A DNA stretch of 63,479 bases, filler included, from Saprolegnia diclina VS20 (Eukaryota), in assembly GCF_000281045.1 (NCBI RefSeq). It is 4 parts of 2 records of this genome, joined end to end, with 100 filler letters (N's around TTAATTAATTAA, not from the genome) between each part and the next. Parts side by side here need not be neighbours in the genome. Positions count along the whole stretch, not along the records: positions 1 to 16,881 come from NW_008246129.1; 3 more parts are not named here. One strand, given 5' to 3'. The notes beneath the pieces are model-generated. The model did not search any database. It had not been told where the DNA came from and worked only from the letters and a program-made list of their open reading frames with translations. Below are positions 1-11,545 of this stretch, one piece after another; the first letter of the stretch is position 1, and every line of letters starts with the position of its first letter. Position numbers and translations under genes: made by a program.

Positions 1-1986
1 CTTACCGTCACGCGTCGCGCAGAGACAAGGAATCGTCTGACCGAGGTGGTCAACGCTGTTGAGCTTGGCGTCCCAGAGCGTAACGAGCTCTTCGGCGAGT
101 TCGACGTGATTGAGATAGCACGCCCACGCCAGCGGCGTGCGGCCGTAGGCGTCGACGGCGTTGATAGTTGCGCCGTGCTGAAGCAGCACCCTTGCCGTGT
201 CCACTTGGCCACGGATCGCTGCCCAATGCAGTGGCGTGCGCCGAAAGAGGCCTACACCGTGTGCAAAGTGACTTTAGCGGCGGCGACAGGAAGCCAAGAT
301 ACCTTTGGACTGCTCGCCAAGCGTGTTGACCGACTCGTCCGAGAGAAAGGGGAGGAGGAGATCGGGGTCACCTTGGGCAGCGGCATCGTGAAGCGGAGTG
401 AGCGCAATGTCAGCCCCCCACGTCTCCATGAGGTGTGCGATTGCGTGGCGTCCGTGCAGCAGCGCGTCTTCGTAGGCGGTCAAGTAAAATCCATGCTTGG
501 GCACGTGCCTACATGCAAGATCCCGAGATCAAACTTGGAATCCAAGAACAAAGCGCAATTACAGCTGGTTGGCGCCGTGCTCCAAGAGGAGTTTGGTCAC
601 GTCCGGGTGGGTCGCCCAAAAGAGCGGCGGCGTCGCGTACGTTGGCAGCGTCGACTGCGCGGGCACGTTGGGGTCGGCGCCAGCTGCCAAGAGTTTCTGG
701 ACCATCGGCACGTCGCTGCGGACGACAGCAACGTGCAGTGGCGTCATCAAGGTGTGCTTGAACCAGCCACGCGGGCCATAGAGGCTCGGCGGCTCTTCAA
801 AATTGGGCGAAAAAAAGCAAAACACCTTGTCGTACACGTGGCGTAATGCAAACTCGGACAGCTGCACCTTCTCGAGCGTATTGAGCCCAAACCCAACCTA
901 CCACAGTACATCAATCCAAACTTCCATCGATGTAGTCGCATCCTACGTCCAAGAGGTAGCACGCAATTTCGTGCTGGTGGGTCTTGAGCGCCAGGTGCAG
1001 CGGGTTGTGCTGGGAGCTCGCAACGCGCTTATGGCAGCGCAGCGTCACGCCGGAAAACCAGTTGGTTGCAAACGCAGGGTCTTCGCCAAGCGCTTTGGTC
1101 ACGGCTGCGTGGAGCGCCTCCATGTCCTTCTCCTGGACGGCCATCCACATGCGGTGGCGTAAGATCTCAGTCCGCGAGCGGTTGAACGGACGGTCATGCG
1201 CGAGGTGCGCGTCGCCAAACACGCCGTGTTGCAAGAGCAAATGCGTGCGGAGCTGATGGAACATGACGAGGAAGTCCCACGTCACGATATACGCCCAGAG
1301 CGCAAAGACGAACGAAATGCCCAGGAGAAGACCATGCAGCGTCTCGTCCATTGCTACCAATCATTTCTATCAACTTGATACATATCGATATGTGGTGGCG
1401 TACCTGAGGGGCAATCCCACGTCCAGCTCGGCTGCGCCATACCGAGCGGAATGTACACGATTGTGAGTGCGAGCAGCGCGATTTGCGCCAGCGCGACGCA
1501 TTCGCAGAGCCGCAGAAACGTCGTGCGCACCACGTGAAGCTGTTTTCGGGACGGCGGCTGCGACGACGTGTCCGTGTCGAGGAGCGTGTCTGAGAGCCGG
1601 TGGCGCTTTCGCCGGGACGCGCGGTCGTAGCGCACGTGGTAGAGCTTGAAGAACTTGTGGCCTGTCGTCGGCAGGAAGAGGACAAAGCTGGTGCCCCAGA
1701 GCACGCTGCGCAGAAGGAGTCGCACCGTGTTGTAGCGCTCGCAGGTCGCGCTGTGGGTGATGGCCTCGCCGCGATAGGCGTTGAAGAGCAGCGTCTGTGC
1801 GATAAGGATCATGTTGATGTAGCTCACGCGCGCCAGCTGCACGCGCATCGACTTGGAGACAAACACATTCTTCTTGCAAACGACAGCCTTGTCGTCGAGC
1901 GACGAGTATGAGGTCGTCGAGTGGTGCCGCACGCCGAGGGACGCCGGGTGGTGCGTTGGCCACTGCCCGTAATGGAGGCCACTCAT
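1..1986 (-). CDS. 4-TM + ankyrin-repeat protein, copy A (3' end runs off the window; paralog of 7416-10987)
   Basis: Spliced ORFs 1354-2103, 911-1360, 559-867, 274-504 and ~6-250. Four hydrophobic segments are followed by ankyrin motifs (NPLHLA, TPLHVAV, TPPLFWA, TPLHDAA, TPLHWAA, TPLAWAC). Exon structure matches copy B. Start at MSGLHY (1986) is tentative. Confidence 0.85.
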
Positions 1987-2553
1987 GCTGCGGCTGCTGT
2001 CCGTCGATGGCCGCGCCGCCCAAGTTGTACTGCACTGCAGTTGGCGCCGCCGTTGAAAACACCATCGCGTGTACCCACAACCCGCTCGCAACGAGCCAAT
2101 CACACGGGCTTAATATACTGCTGGCCAATCCGATCGCGGTACCATCGGCATGTCGCAGCTTCTGTAACACGTGGACGGGCCAATCCACATCACCGCGCGG
2201 ACTCTGCATCGAGCTCCGTGGACGACACTGTCTACAGGCGAAGCACCCGCATCGAAGTCGCAACGAAGCCGATGGAAGGTTCTCGACAAGTCCCAATGGT
2301 GCGCGCCAAGCTGCTGCGATCTCGTAGTCGAGATAATGAGCCGCAAGAAGTGGCAAGCCAGGAGGCCATCGAACCAGTTCTTAGACGATATGCTATCCGA
2401 CACATGCAGGACACGCGTCGGAGGCGCTTGCAGCACATGTGAGCAGTAACAGAATGATCGCTACACCCGGCCAATGTCCACGCTACCAGCCAGCCTAGTA
2501 CGGCTCTATTGACCCAGGACCAGCAACGACGACGAGAACGCACTTCGCATTTC

Positions 2554-3509
2554 TTAGCGTCGAGGCAGCTTCTGGTCACTTCGAATGGCACAGCAGAGGG
2601 GGTCGATGGTGGTGCGAGGTGAGCTGTAAATGGCCTGCGGCGTGTACTGGGCGTAGAAGGCGCGGCGGGCCGTCGACGTTGCATTCACAGCGGAAAAGTG
2701 CCAAATGTCTGACCGGAAGACGACGGCGGCGCCCGCAGCAACTGCAAGCGGGGCTGTTGCCGCCGCTAAATCCAAGTCGGCGGGGTCTTCGACGCCATAC
2801 GGGTGATGTGTCCACGGAAGAAATCGAAGCGCGCCGTTCGTTGCTGTGACGTCGTCGAGCGCAACCCACGCAGAGAGGTACCACGGGATCGACGACCGAT
2901 GTACGCACATGCCGAGCTGCTCTGCGTCGTCCTACAGACGTCGTAGTATGTTGTACGCCATCATTCGAAGTGAACCTGGTGCCATCGAAACTCGACGTTT
3001 GTCTCTGGCGGCTTGACGACATAGTGCTCGTTGAAGAAGTAGACGTCGCCTGGCACATCTTCCGTGTGGCCAAAAAGAGGCGCGAGGGCTTGCGGAAGGT
3101 CTTCAAAGAGAAGCGTCTCGATGCAATCGCTCTCGGACGTTGCGCGCGTTTGCTTGCGACGCGTGGTCATGTACACATCGCGCTGCGTTCGTGCGCTTCG
3201 AGTCATCTGTGGCATGGACGTAGTTATGCGCCTTGGCTATCAGCAGCACGATGATGCACTACGTACGTGGGCGGTGGCGAACGGATCAAGTACACAGCCC
3301 TACAGGACCAAGCGTGAGAGCACCTTTTGACGAGACAGGCTTACGAGCTCCACGATGGCCTCGGGGGTCGTTGCTGCGTACAAATCATCGCACTCTGCGC
3401 GCAGTGCGTGGAGCTGCGCTTGCGTCAGGAAGCCATTGATGACGACGTAGCCGTCGCGGGCGAACGCGTCCGCGTCGACGTGCGCGTCTGGCTGCTTGCG
3501 CTTGGGCAT
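2554..3509 (-). CDS. Phytanoyl-CoA dioxygenase (PhyH) family 2OG-Fe(II) oxygenase
   Basis: FARDGYVVINGFL start, VVKPP..FRWHQ|D (HxD), SAWVALDD...NGALRFLP and DIWHFS..N...RRAFYAQY motifs across spliced exons. Confidence 0.88.
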
Positions 3510-4053
3510 TTGATTTTCGATCCAACACTACTTTTGCTCACTGAAATAGTCTAGGTGCATTTTCACACTATATTTCGATTAATTGTACTACGAAGCGAAA
3601 TAGTGTACAGTGGTATGGGGTCGTTGGCGTCAACAAGAAAGATGCCAAGGATGGTGTGTACACGGCCGCGCGCTTGACTGCGCAAGGACACGGCGCTTCG
3701 CGCCCATGCTGCCGAGAAGCTGGACGAGGCGCATGGCGGCGATTCCTGGGCGCTTCTATGGGTTCGACCCGACCCTGAACAGGCGCAGTTGACGCTCAGC
3801 GCAGTTGACGCCAAGCGCAACTCCATGCAGGGTTGCCAGGGTTGATGAAGGCGTTGCCACGCGGGTTGCAAGTGCAGGTCGACGCTGCTGCACCTGCCAC
3901 TCTTGCGTTGGTAGAGCTCGGCTTGTCGGAACGCAGGATAGGTGGAGGCGGACGGCGGAGAATTCATTCATTTAGAAGACTCGAGGGATCTATGCTGCAT
4001 GCATGGCGGATATATGATGATGATTTAGTTCGAATGAGGAGGACGCAATGGAT

Positions 4054-4272
4054 TTACTCCTTCTTGCCCTGGCCCCACGACATGTTCCACCAGCCGCGGA
4101 GCGTCTGGGCCATACCGAGGCCGAAGAGGACGGCAGCGGCCGTGTTGACGGCCTTGTCGTTCGCGCCCTTCGTGTACGTCGGGTTCTCGGCGCCGTGGAG
4201 GTTCGGGTGGGCGTTAAAGCGGGCCTGGAGCTCACGGACGCGGGACGGGTACTTGACGAGGTTGCGGATCAT
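4054..4272 (-). CDS. Small single-TM protein, cytochrome c oxidase subunit VIIa/Cox7-like
   Basis: 72 aa MIRNLVKYPSRVRELQARFNAHPNLHGAENPTYTKGANDK followed by a TM helix and a GKKE end. Strong codon bias. Resembles the COX7 pattern V.E.Q..F....P.Y.KG..D. Confidence 0.65.
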   Translation of the reverse strand: MIRNLVKYPSRVRELQARFNAHPNLHGAENPTYTKGANDKAVNTAAAVLFGLGMAQTLRGWWNMSWGQGKKE

Positions 4273-4863
4273 CTTGGCGGCTGCGAGAGGAAATTCGGAA
4301 CTGACTGCGCGTTCTGCCACCCAACCACCTCGTTGCCTTGCTTTTTTCTTCCTTGTCTTGATGTTTGTATGCAATTTAAATCCGTGCGCATATTATGGGG
4401 CCGGATAAATACGTGTTTTTGTGGCGAACGCGATAGAAAACCGGCAGCAGGCGTATCCGGACAACGACGTCGCGCGCGCGAAGAGACATCCACGAGCAAC
4501 TCGGTGCCAAGAGCTCCTTGAGCAACTGGCCAGCCAACGCAAACGCTATCGATGCGCAGCGAGGACGCTCAGCAAAAGAGTTGTGCTTATCCTAGTGCAC
4601 TGATGTACCACGGCGACTTCGGTGCACAGTGACTATGCTACGGCAGCATGGTTGGTGCCTTCTGCAATAGCGACCCTGCTGCCACGGTGCGGTTAGCCTC
4701 GCGGCTGGCTCGGCATTTGACTTTAGTGAGACTGCTGAAGTGGCCCTTTTTTCTATGAGTGTTGAGGCGCAGACAAGTATTGAGGTGCGGTAACGTTAGC
4801 AGAGAAGGCCTCGACGAAGAAAGGAGCAACTGGATTATGGAGAATGAAGCGTTGATCGCAATG

Positions 4864-7162
4864 CTAGAGAATGTGGGGTCCACGGGGGGTGATAACGACG
4901 ATTTGGTCCTTTCGCGGGGCTTGGCGCGCGAGACGAGCCTGCACGGCCTTCACGGCCAAGACCATTACCGCTGTGGCTGCGACGACGGCGCAAATGACAG
5001 CGATGCCTGTCAACGTCGAAGCTGGTGGCACGTTGGACGAAGCGTTCAAAGCCAACTGGGACGAGTGCATTTGCGTGACGTTGACACCGGGGCACGGGAG
5101 CAAGTTGGTGCTCTGAGCGGAGACTCGAAACTTGCAGAATTGGCAGCTGGGGCGCCACGGGTCACAGCCAATACCGCCAATTGCAGCGCAAGATGGGTTC
5201 AGCGTGACGTCAATCCCAATGTTCAAGTCGGCTTGCGTCACAATGCACGGTACTGGGGCGTTGGCTGCCACGGGGCAATCCGCATATACCGTGTTCTACT
5301 CGCACCGAAGTGTTATGTCATCGTGAAGCCTCTGTCAGAAGTGTACGTACGCGGGAGCCTGGCTGGCGACATAGACGACAGCCGCGGCGATAAACGTCAC
5401 ATCCGTCGGCTTGGACATTGGTGACGCATAAGGGGTCATAGATGCTGCCAAGGCCCTGTTGCAAGCCAGCGGTGTCGACCGCACACACTGGTGTGGGGCA
5501 CGTGTCAAACTGACAGGTCGAGTTCGCAAAGAGCACCATGCCGTTGGCGCAAACCATCGTCGTGTTGACGCACGGTGACGTAGCTGTGACGACTGGTGGC
5601 GGACACCCGACGTACGGCGCGCTCTGGGGCGTCCAAAACAGTCGGCAGATTCGGCAATAGGAATTGCGGCAGCCCATGGCCCCGCCGCCTTGGCCGCAAA
5701 TCGGGTCGTTGTAGACCGATAGGCCCACAGCAATGTCAGCGCTCGACGCATTGCAATAGTTTGTCTGTATAAGGACAAATCGATGACCCCACCTTCGCGA
5801 ATACTGCACGTACAGGTGGTTGAGGCACTGGAAACACAAGGGCGTTGAGCGAGGTCCACGGTTGACCATCGATTTTCGTCGACCAGAGCCCACCGAGCTG
5901 AGCAGCGATCGTGCGAGGCGCCATGGCGTCGGGCCCTAGGCGAATTCATGGTACAAACACTTGCGGAAATCCAATTACCCGACGTCGCCGCAATCGAGAA
6001 GATACCGAAATGCTCTTCCGCAAAGTAGCCCAGTGGCAAGAACGGCCCGAGAGGGGCGTGCGCCATGTCGTGGCTGCTCGGGCTGGTCTCCTTCCACCAT
6101 TCGTCCGAGTACTCGAAGACAAAGCCGCCGACAAGCACCGGCATCTTGCTGTCGTCGCGGCGCATAAAGTTGCTTTCGAGAAACTTCGCCATCGTCATGA
6201 GGTACCCCCCAACGTTCCATTGCGTTTGGTCTACACTCCCATGAGAAATGCCACACTCCAAGCCAAAATACCAAACACTTCGTAGGCGTTACTGGCGAAC
6301 GGCACTCCGTACTCTATCCCATCCCATGTGAATGGCAAGATGAGACGACGTCGTCGTACCGGAAAAGATGATGGGCCGCTGCGTGATCTGGGCGTGGGCT
6401 TGCACCTTGGCAGCGCTGAACCGGTTGTCGTACACGTCAATGCCCCAGATGTCGACCGTTGCGCCGTTTTGCTCGCCGTAGGCGATCGTCTGCCCGTAAT
6501 CATCGATAAAGTTGCTCGTGAGGATCTTGGTGTTTGCACAGCCCGCGATCGACATGCCCGTGCGCGCCGCCTGCGTGAGCGCATTGAATTTCTGCCAAAA
6601 GAGCGGCGTCGCCAAATCCTACAGCACCAAATTATGCGTGAGCGCTCGTGTTGGCGAAACGTAGTCGCACGGGTAGCAAGTTGATCTCGCCCGCAATGAC
6701 AAAGCCCATCGTGGCCGCGTGACACGAAACCTCGGTGGCCATGGCAAGGTAGGCTGTGACGTACGTCTGGAAGAGGGGGCTATTGAGGGGCACACCCGCC
6801 TGCATGACTGTCGGGGGCACCCAGACCGAGAACATGACGTATAGAGGGTTGACACCCGCGTTGTAGGCCGCGTCAAGGAAGGCCATGTGCCCCAACACAT
6901 TTCCAGGGCTGTAGTTGTAGACCTAGAGAGGACCGAAAACATGTTGCATCGCCAGCAACAAACATAGTCGTACTTTGACTGCGTTGGCGTTGAGGTTCCG
7001 AAGCAGCGGCAGATCGCGTCGCCAAAGGTCGGGCTCCAAGAGCAAGTCGCCGCCGCCCCACTTGCCAATCGGCGTTGGCTGGTAGTTGATGCCCCGAATG
7101 AAAAAGACAGTGCCGTCCTTGAGCAGCGTCCGGCCACTCACGCTCCAGACCGAGTTGGGCAT
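4864..7162 (-). CDS. Clan GH-A glycoside hydrolase (GH72/GH2-like TIM barrel) with three Cys-rich repeats and a C-terminal TM helix
   Basis: FFIRGINYQPTPIG, RRDLPLLRNLNANAVK|VY, VIAGEIN, PIIFS|EYG, GGFVFEYSDEWWK and EEHFGIF motifs. Three C...D/NP.C...GC....CR.CR repeats and a hydrophobic LTGIAVICAVVAATAVMVLAV tail. Multi-exon. The start may be further upstream (7207). Confidence 0.8.
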
Positions 7163-7415
7163 CTTTCGTTTACCTCTGGCATTTGAGAAAGGCGACCTGC
7201 GAAACATGGACGGTTACGATTCGCAACTGCTCTGCAACCCCCGTCGACTCTTCACCTTCAGCAGCCAACGACCAAATATTCTTGTTTTCTCTTACAAACG
7301 ATATAGCCAATAACAAATTGCATGAAATCAGGCATATTGTAAATAAAATCACATTTGGAGATACGCGCGTCGACCACATTTTACGTTGTCATTCGACCAC
7401 ATTCATTTTTAGAGG

Positions 7416-10400
7416 TCAAGAGGACGAGACCACCGATTCCTTTGTGAGTGGTACGACGCCCGTGTGATTGCGAGCTTCTGACACTGGTGGCTTTTCGTGC
7501 TCGCTGCCGTCGCTGTCCAAATCGAGTTCGACGCTGTCGTTGGCTTGAATCTACGAAAAGAAATAAAAATGTATACCAATAAAACCCAAAGCACAGCGAA
7601 CGTACCCAGGGGTACGCCGCAAAGAGGTGGTCGAGGCTCTCTTGGAACCCAATGGCTTCGTTAAAGTGCACGACTGACTTGTGCAACGAGAGCGAGTACA
7701 GGTGCGCGAGGCGGAAAAAGTTGGGTGAAAATAGCACCGGCACAATACGCTTCTCGCGGTTCTCGGCAAACGAGAGTTGGTCGGAAAAGACGTCCGAGAC
7801 GCAGGACGCTTCCGAAAAAACGGGGATGAACGCGTCGCACTTGAGGATCGCGTCGTTGATGCTCAAGCCCGCGTGCTCGTGCTCAATGTAGGCAAAGACC
7901 CCTACGAGAAGGTGGGTTGATACGCGTTTGAAACAGCATATGTACCTTGGTCCCACAGCGCCGACTTGAGACGCCGCGCAAACTCGAGGTGGCAGTTGCC
8001 GTGGCTAATAAATACAAAGCGAGACGCAATGGCTTCGACCACGGGGTGTCGCATGCTGGCTTGGCGCACAAGCAACGTCGACCGCTTCACTGACGCAGCA
8101 GGTCGATCCATGCGCCGGAGCTCCACTTCGTTGCGGAGGCCGTCGAGAAGTGATGCGAGCTGCTGGTTGTAGATGATGTTGTCGACAACGACGGGTCCTT
8201 CCGAGGCAGACACAATGGCCGGCCGAAAGTCCACGAGTTGGCGGCTCCAGAGGTACACTTGCAGCTCGTCCGTCATTTCGGTCGTCTGCGCCATGACGGC
8301 GACNNNNNNNNNNNNNNNNNNNNNNNNNNNNNNNNNNNNNNNNNNNNNNNNNNNNNNNNNNNNNNNNNNNNNNNNNNNNNNNNNNNNNNNNNNNNNNNNN
8401 NNNNNNNNNNNNNNNNNNNNNNNNNNNNNNNNNNNNNNNNNNNNNNNNNNNNNNNNNNNNNNNNNNNNNNNNNNNNNNNNNNNNNNNNNNNNNNNNNNNN
8501 NNNNNNNNNNNNNNNNNNNNNNNNNNNNNNNNNNNNNNNNNNNNNNNNNNNNNNNNNNNNNNNNNNNNNNNNNNNNNNNNNNNNNNNNNNNNNNNNNNNN
8601 NNNNNNNNNNNNNNNNNNNNNNNNNNNNNNNNNNNNNNNNNNNNNNNNNNNNNNNNNNNNNNNNNNNNNNNNNNNNNNNNNNNNNNNNNNNNNNNNNNNN
8701 NNNNNNNNNNNNNNNNNNNNNNNNNNNNNNNNNNNNNNNNNNNNNNNNNNNNNNNNNNNNNNNNNNNNNNNNNNNNNNNNNNNNNNNNNNNNNNNNNNNN
8801 NNNNNNNNNNNNNNNNNNNNNNNNNNNNNNNNNNNNNNNNNNNNNNNNNNNNNNNNNNNNNNNNNNNGCAATGTGCAGCGGCGAGTCTCCATTCTCGAGC
8901 GCGCCAAAGTCGCCGAGGCCGTTCTCGCGCAGGAGTCGAAAGATTGCGGTATCAATTCCTATCGCCGGAGTCGCCAATGCAAGAGTATTCCAAGAAACTA
9001 CCGTCGCGACTGGCGCAGAGACATGGAATCGACTGACCGAGGTAGTCGACGACACTCGGGTCCGCGTGCCAATTGACCAAAAGCTCCTCGACGAGTGGTG
9101 CGTGGTTGAGGTAGCACGCCCACATCAGAGGCGTGCGCCCCCACGTGTCGAACGCGTTGACGCTTGCGCCGTTTTCCAAGAGCACACGCGCGGTCTCCAC
9201 TTGGCCGCGGATGGCCGCCCAGTGCAGCGGCGTCCGGCGAAACAACCCTAGTCCTCCGTTTATTCTTCGAAGCTTGGGTTAGAGCGTACCGTTGGACTGC
9301 TCGCCGAGCGTGTTGACCGAGACGGGCGACAGAAACGGATCCATGCGCTCGGCTTCGCCCTGCGCGGCGGCGTCGTGGAGCGGCGTGAGCGCAATGTCGC
9401 CGCCCCAGCTCTCGAGCAGCCGAACGATCGCGTGGCGTCCTTGGATCACCGCGTCTTCGTACGCGGTCATGTAGAAGCCGTATTTGGGCACAAACCTAGT
9501 GGGATAGTCTCATAAGCTCACTGAGGTCAAATCTCATTGGACAAACAGTTGGTTGGCGCCGTGCTCGAGCAGCGTACGCGTCACATCGACGTTGGTGGCC
9601 CAGAAGAGCGGTGGCGTCGCGTACATGGCGCTCGACGACTGCGCTGATACGTTCGGGTCCGCGCCGGCGACCAAGAGGTCGGTCACGAGCTGGTGGTCGC
9701 TGCGGATGACGGCGACGTGCAGCGGCGACAGCAGCGTGTGCTTGAACCAACCGCGTGGACCGTACAAGCTCGGCGGTTCGCGGTGGCTGTGCGAGAAGAA
9801 GTAAAACACGTCCTGGTAGATGTTGCGGAGGCCAAACTCGGCCACTTGGACCTTCTCAAGCGCGTTCGGGTCAAAGCCCGACTAGATTGCAAAATACTCT
9901 TCATAGTACCACACGTGTACGACATAAGTGGGTGTCGTCGCACCTCGAGGAGGAAGGTCACGGCGGCGGCTTGGCGCGTTTTGATGGCAAAGTGTAGCGG
10001 GTTGTGCTGCGACCGCGCAAAGTACTTGATGCAGCGGATCTTGGCGCCGCAAAACCACGTCTTTGCAAACGTTGGGTCTAGCTCCTTGGCGCGCGCCACA
10101 GCGAGCTTGAGCGCGTCGAGGTTCTGGTCGCGGATCGCCATCCACATGCAGTGGCGCAGCACCTCCTTGGGCGACCGCCCAAACGGACCGTCGCGGGCGC
10201 GCTGCGCGTCGCCAAAGACGCAGTGCTGGAAGAGGAGGTGCGTGCGCAGCTGATGAAACATAACCAGAAAGTCCCAAGTCACGAGGTACGCCCAGATCGA
10301 CAAGATGAACGACGAGGCGTGGAGGATGTACACAAGACCCCGCGGCAGCGCTACGTTGCTGTCAACACGAGGCGTCCTAGAACGATAACATGTACCAGCG

Positions 10401-10987
10401 TAGCAGTTCCACGTCCACGAGCCTTCAAACATGCCAAGCGGAATGTACACCATCGTGAATGCGAGCAGCGCGATCTGGCAGAGCGCCGTGACCTCGCAGA
10501 GGCGGAGAAAGTTGGTGCGCACGACGTACGGGCGCGCGGTCGGCGGTTTGGTCGGCGGTTTGGTCGGCGGCGTCGACAGAGCGTGGAGGCGCTGGCAGAG
10601 ACGCGACGTGAGTGATTCGTACCGGACGCGGTAGAGCTTGAACGGCTTGAGGCCCGTCGTCGGCAGGAACAAGATGGCGCTCGTCGCCCAGAGAATGACA
10701 CGCACGATGACGCGCACGTCATTGTACATGAGGCAGGCAGCAAGGCCGTCGTTGTCGCCCGTGTAGTAGTCGTAGCTGTACATGTTGAAGAGGATCGCTG
10801 GCACGAGGAGGACGATGTTCATCCAGCCCACGTGCCGCAGCTGGATGCGCATGCGCTTGCTCACAAACGTGTTCTTGGGACAGACGCCGTGCTGGTCCGA
10901 GATGTCGGCGAAGGCCGCGGGGCGCTCCATGCTATGCGTATCGCGGCGCGGTCGCCGTTGGCGCAGAAACGAGAAAGTACGGTCCAT
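7416..10987 (-). CDS. 4-TM + ankyrin repeats + TIR domain(s) protein, copy B (spans gap 8304-8867)
   Basis: ORFs 9683-11068, 9882-10330, 9534-9880, 9279-9495, 8868-9248, then 7902-8303 and 7600-7900. TIR motifs RFVFISHG..LEFARRLKSALWDQG|VFAYIE..AILKCDAFIPVFSEAS..SDQLSFA..RIVPVLF. Continuity across the gap is inferred from same strand and orientation. Confidence 0.75.
8304..8867. other. Assembly gap (N run) inside the TM-ANK-TIR gene
   Basis: Run of Ns. Confidence 0.99.
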
Positions 10988-11545
10988 AGATAGCCAAGCG
11001 TCTTCGGAGCGTTTCAGCGTGGCCGCCTCGCTGGTCGACGGATGGCGGCTCGATTCGCGTCGTGTCACACGCTATTGCTGGCGTTCATTGGGCGATGACA
11101 CCCAATCATGGCCGGCGACGACCCAAGTGCGCTGGATCTTCGCGCGTAATCACGCGATTTGATCACATTGCCCATAGCGCGTGCAGCAGCGCTCGATTGC
11201 CGCACTGGGCGACTGCGTCATCCGCGCAAATGCGAGTGTCCAAGCTTTCAGCTCCGGCTGACGAATCCAGCGGTGTGCTGGAGCATCTTTCTCCAAGGCT
11301 CAGCAAACAGATGCAGAGAGTCATACGCATCCGTGTCGTCGAGCACCATCGTTGGTACTGGCATGGACGTATTATGTAGCCACAGCTCGCACTGCTTGCA
11401 CGGTGCTCGAAGGCTTGCCATGCTGGCGAGACTTGGCGTGAGCTCGACGTGGCTGGCACATTGAGATTGCCTTTCCGGATACCGTGCCTTCGAACTTCGA
11501 TTCGTGTGCTACCAAAAATTCCGCGGGCGGTCTCTGATAGCGGCG

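Noticed and set aside
10538..10571. 12-bp tandem repeat
   Set aside because: It encodes PPTK-PPTK-PPTA in a loop of the TM-ANK gene and is an ordinary coding microrepeat.
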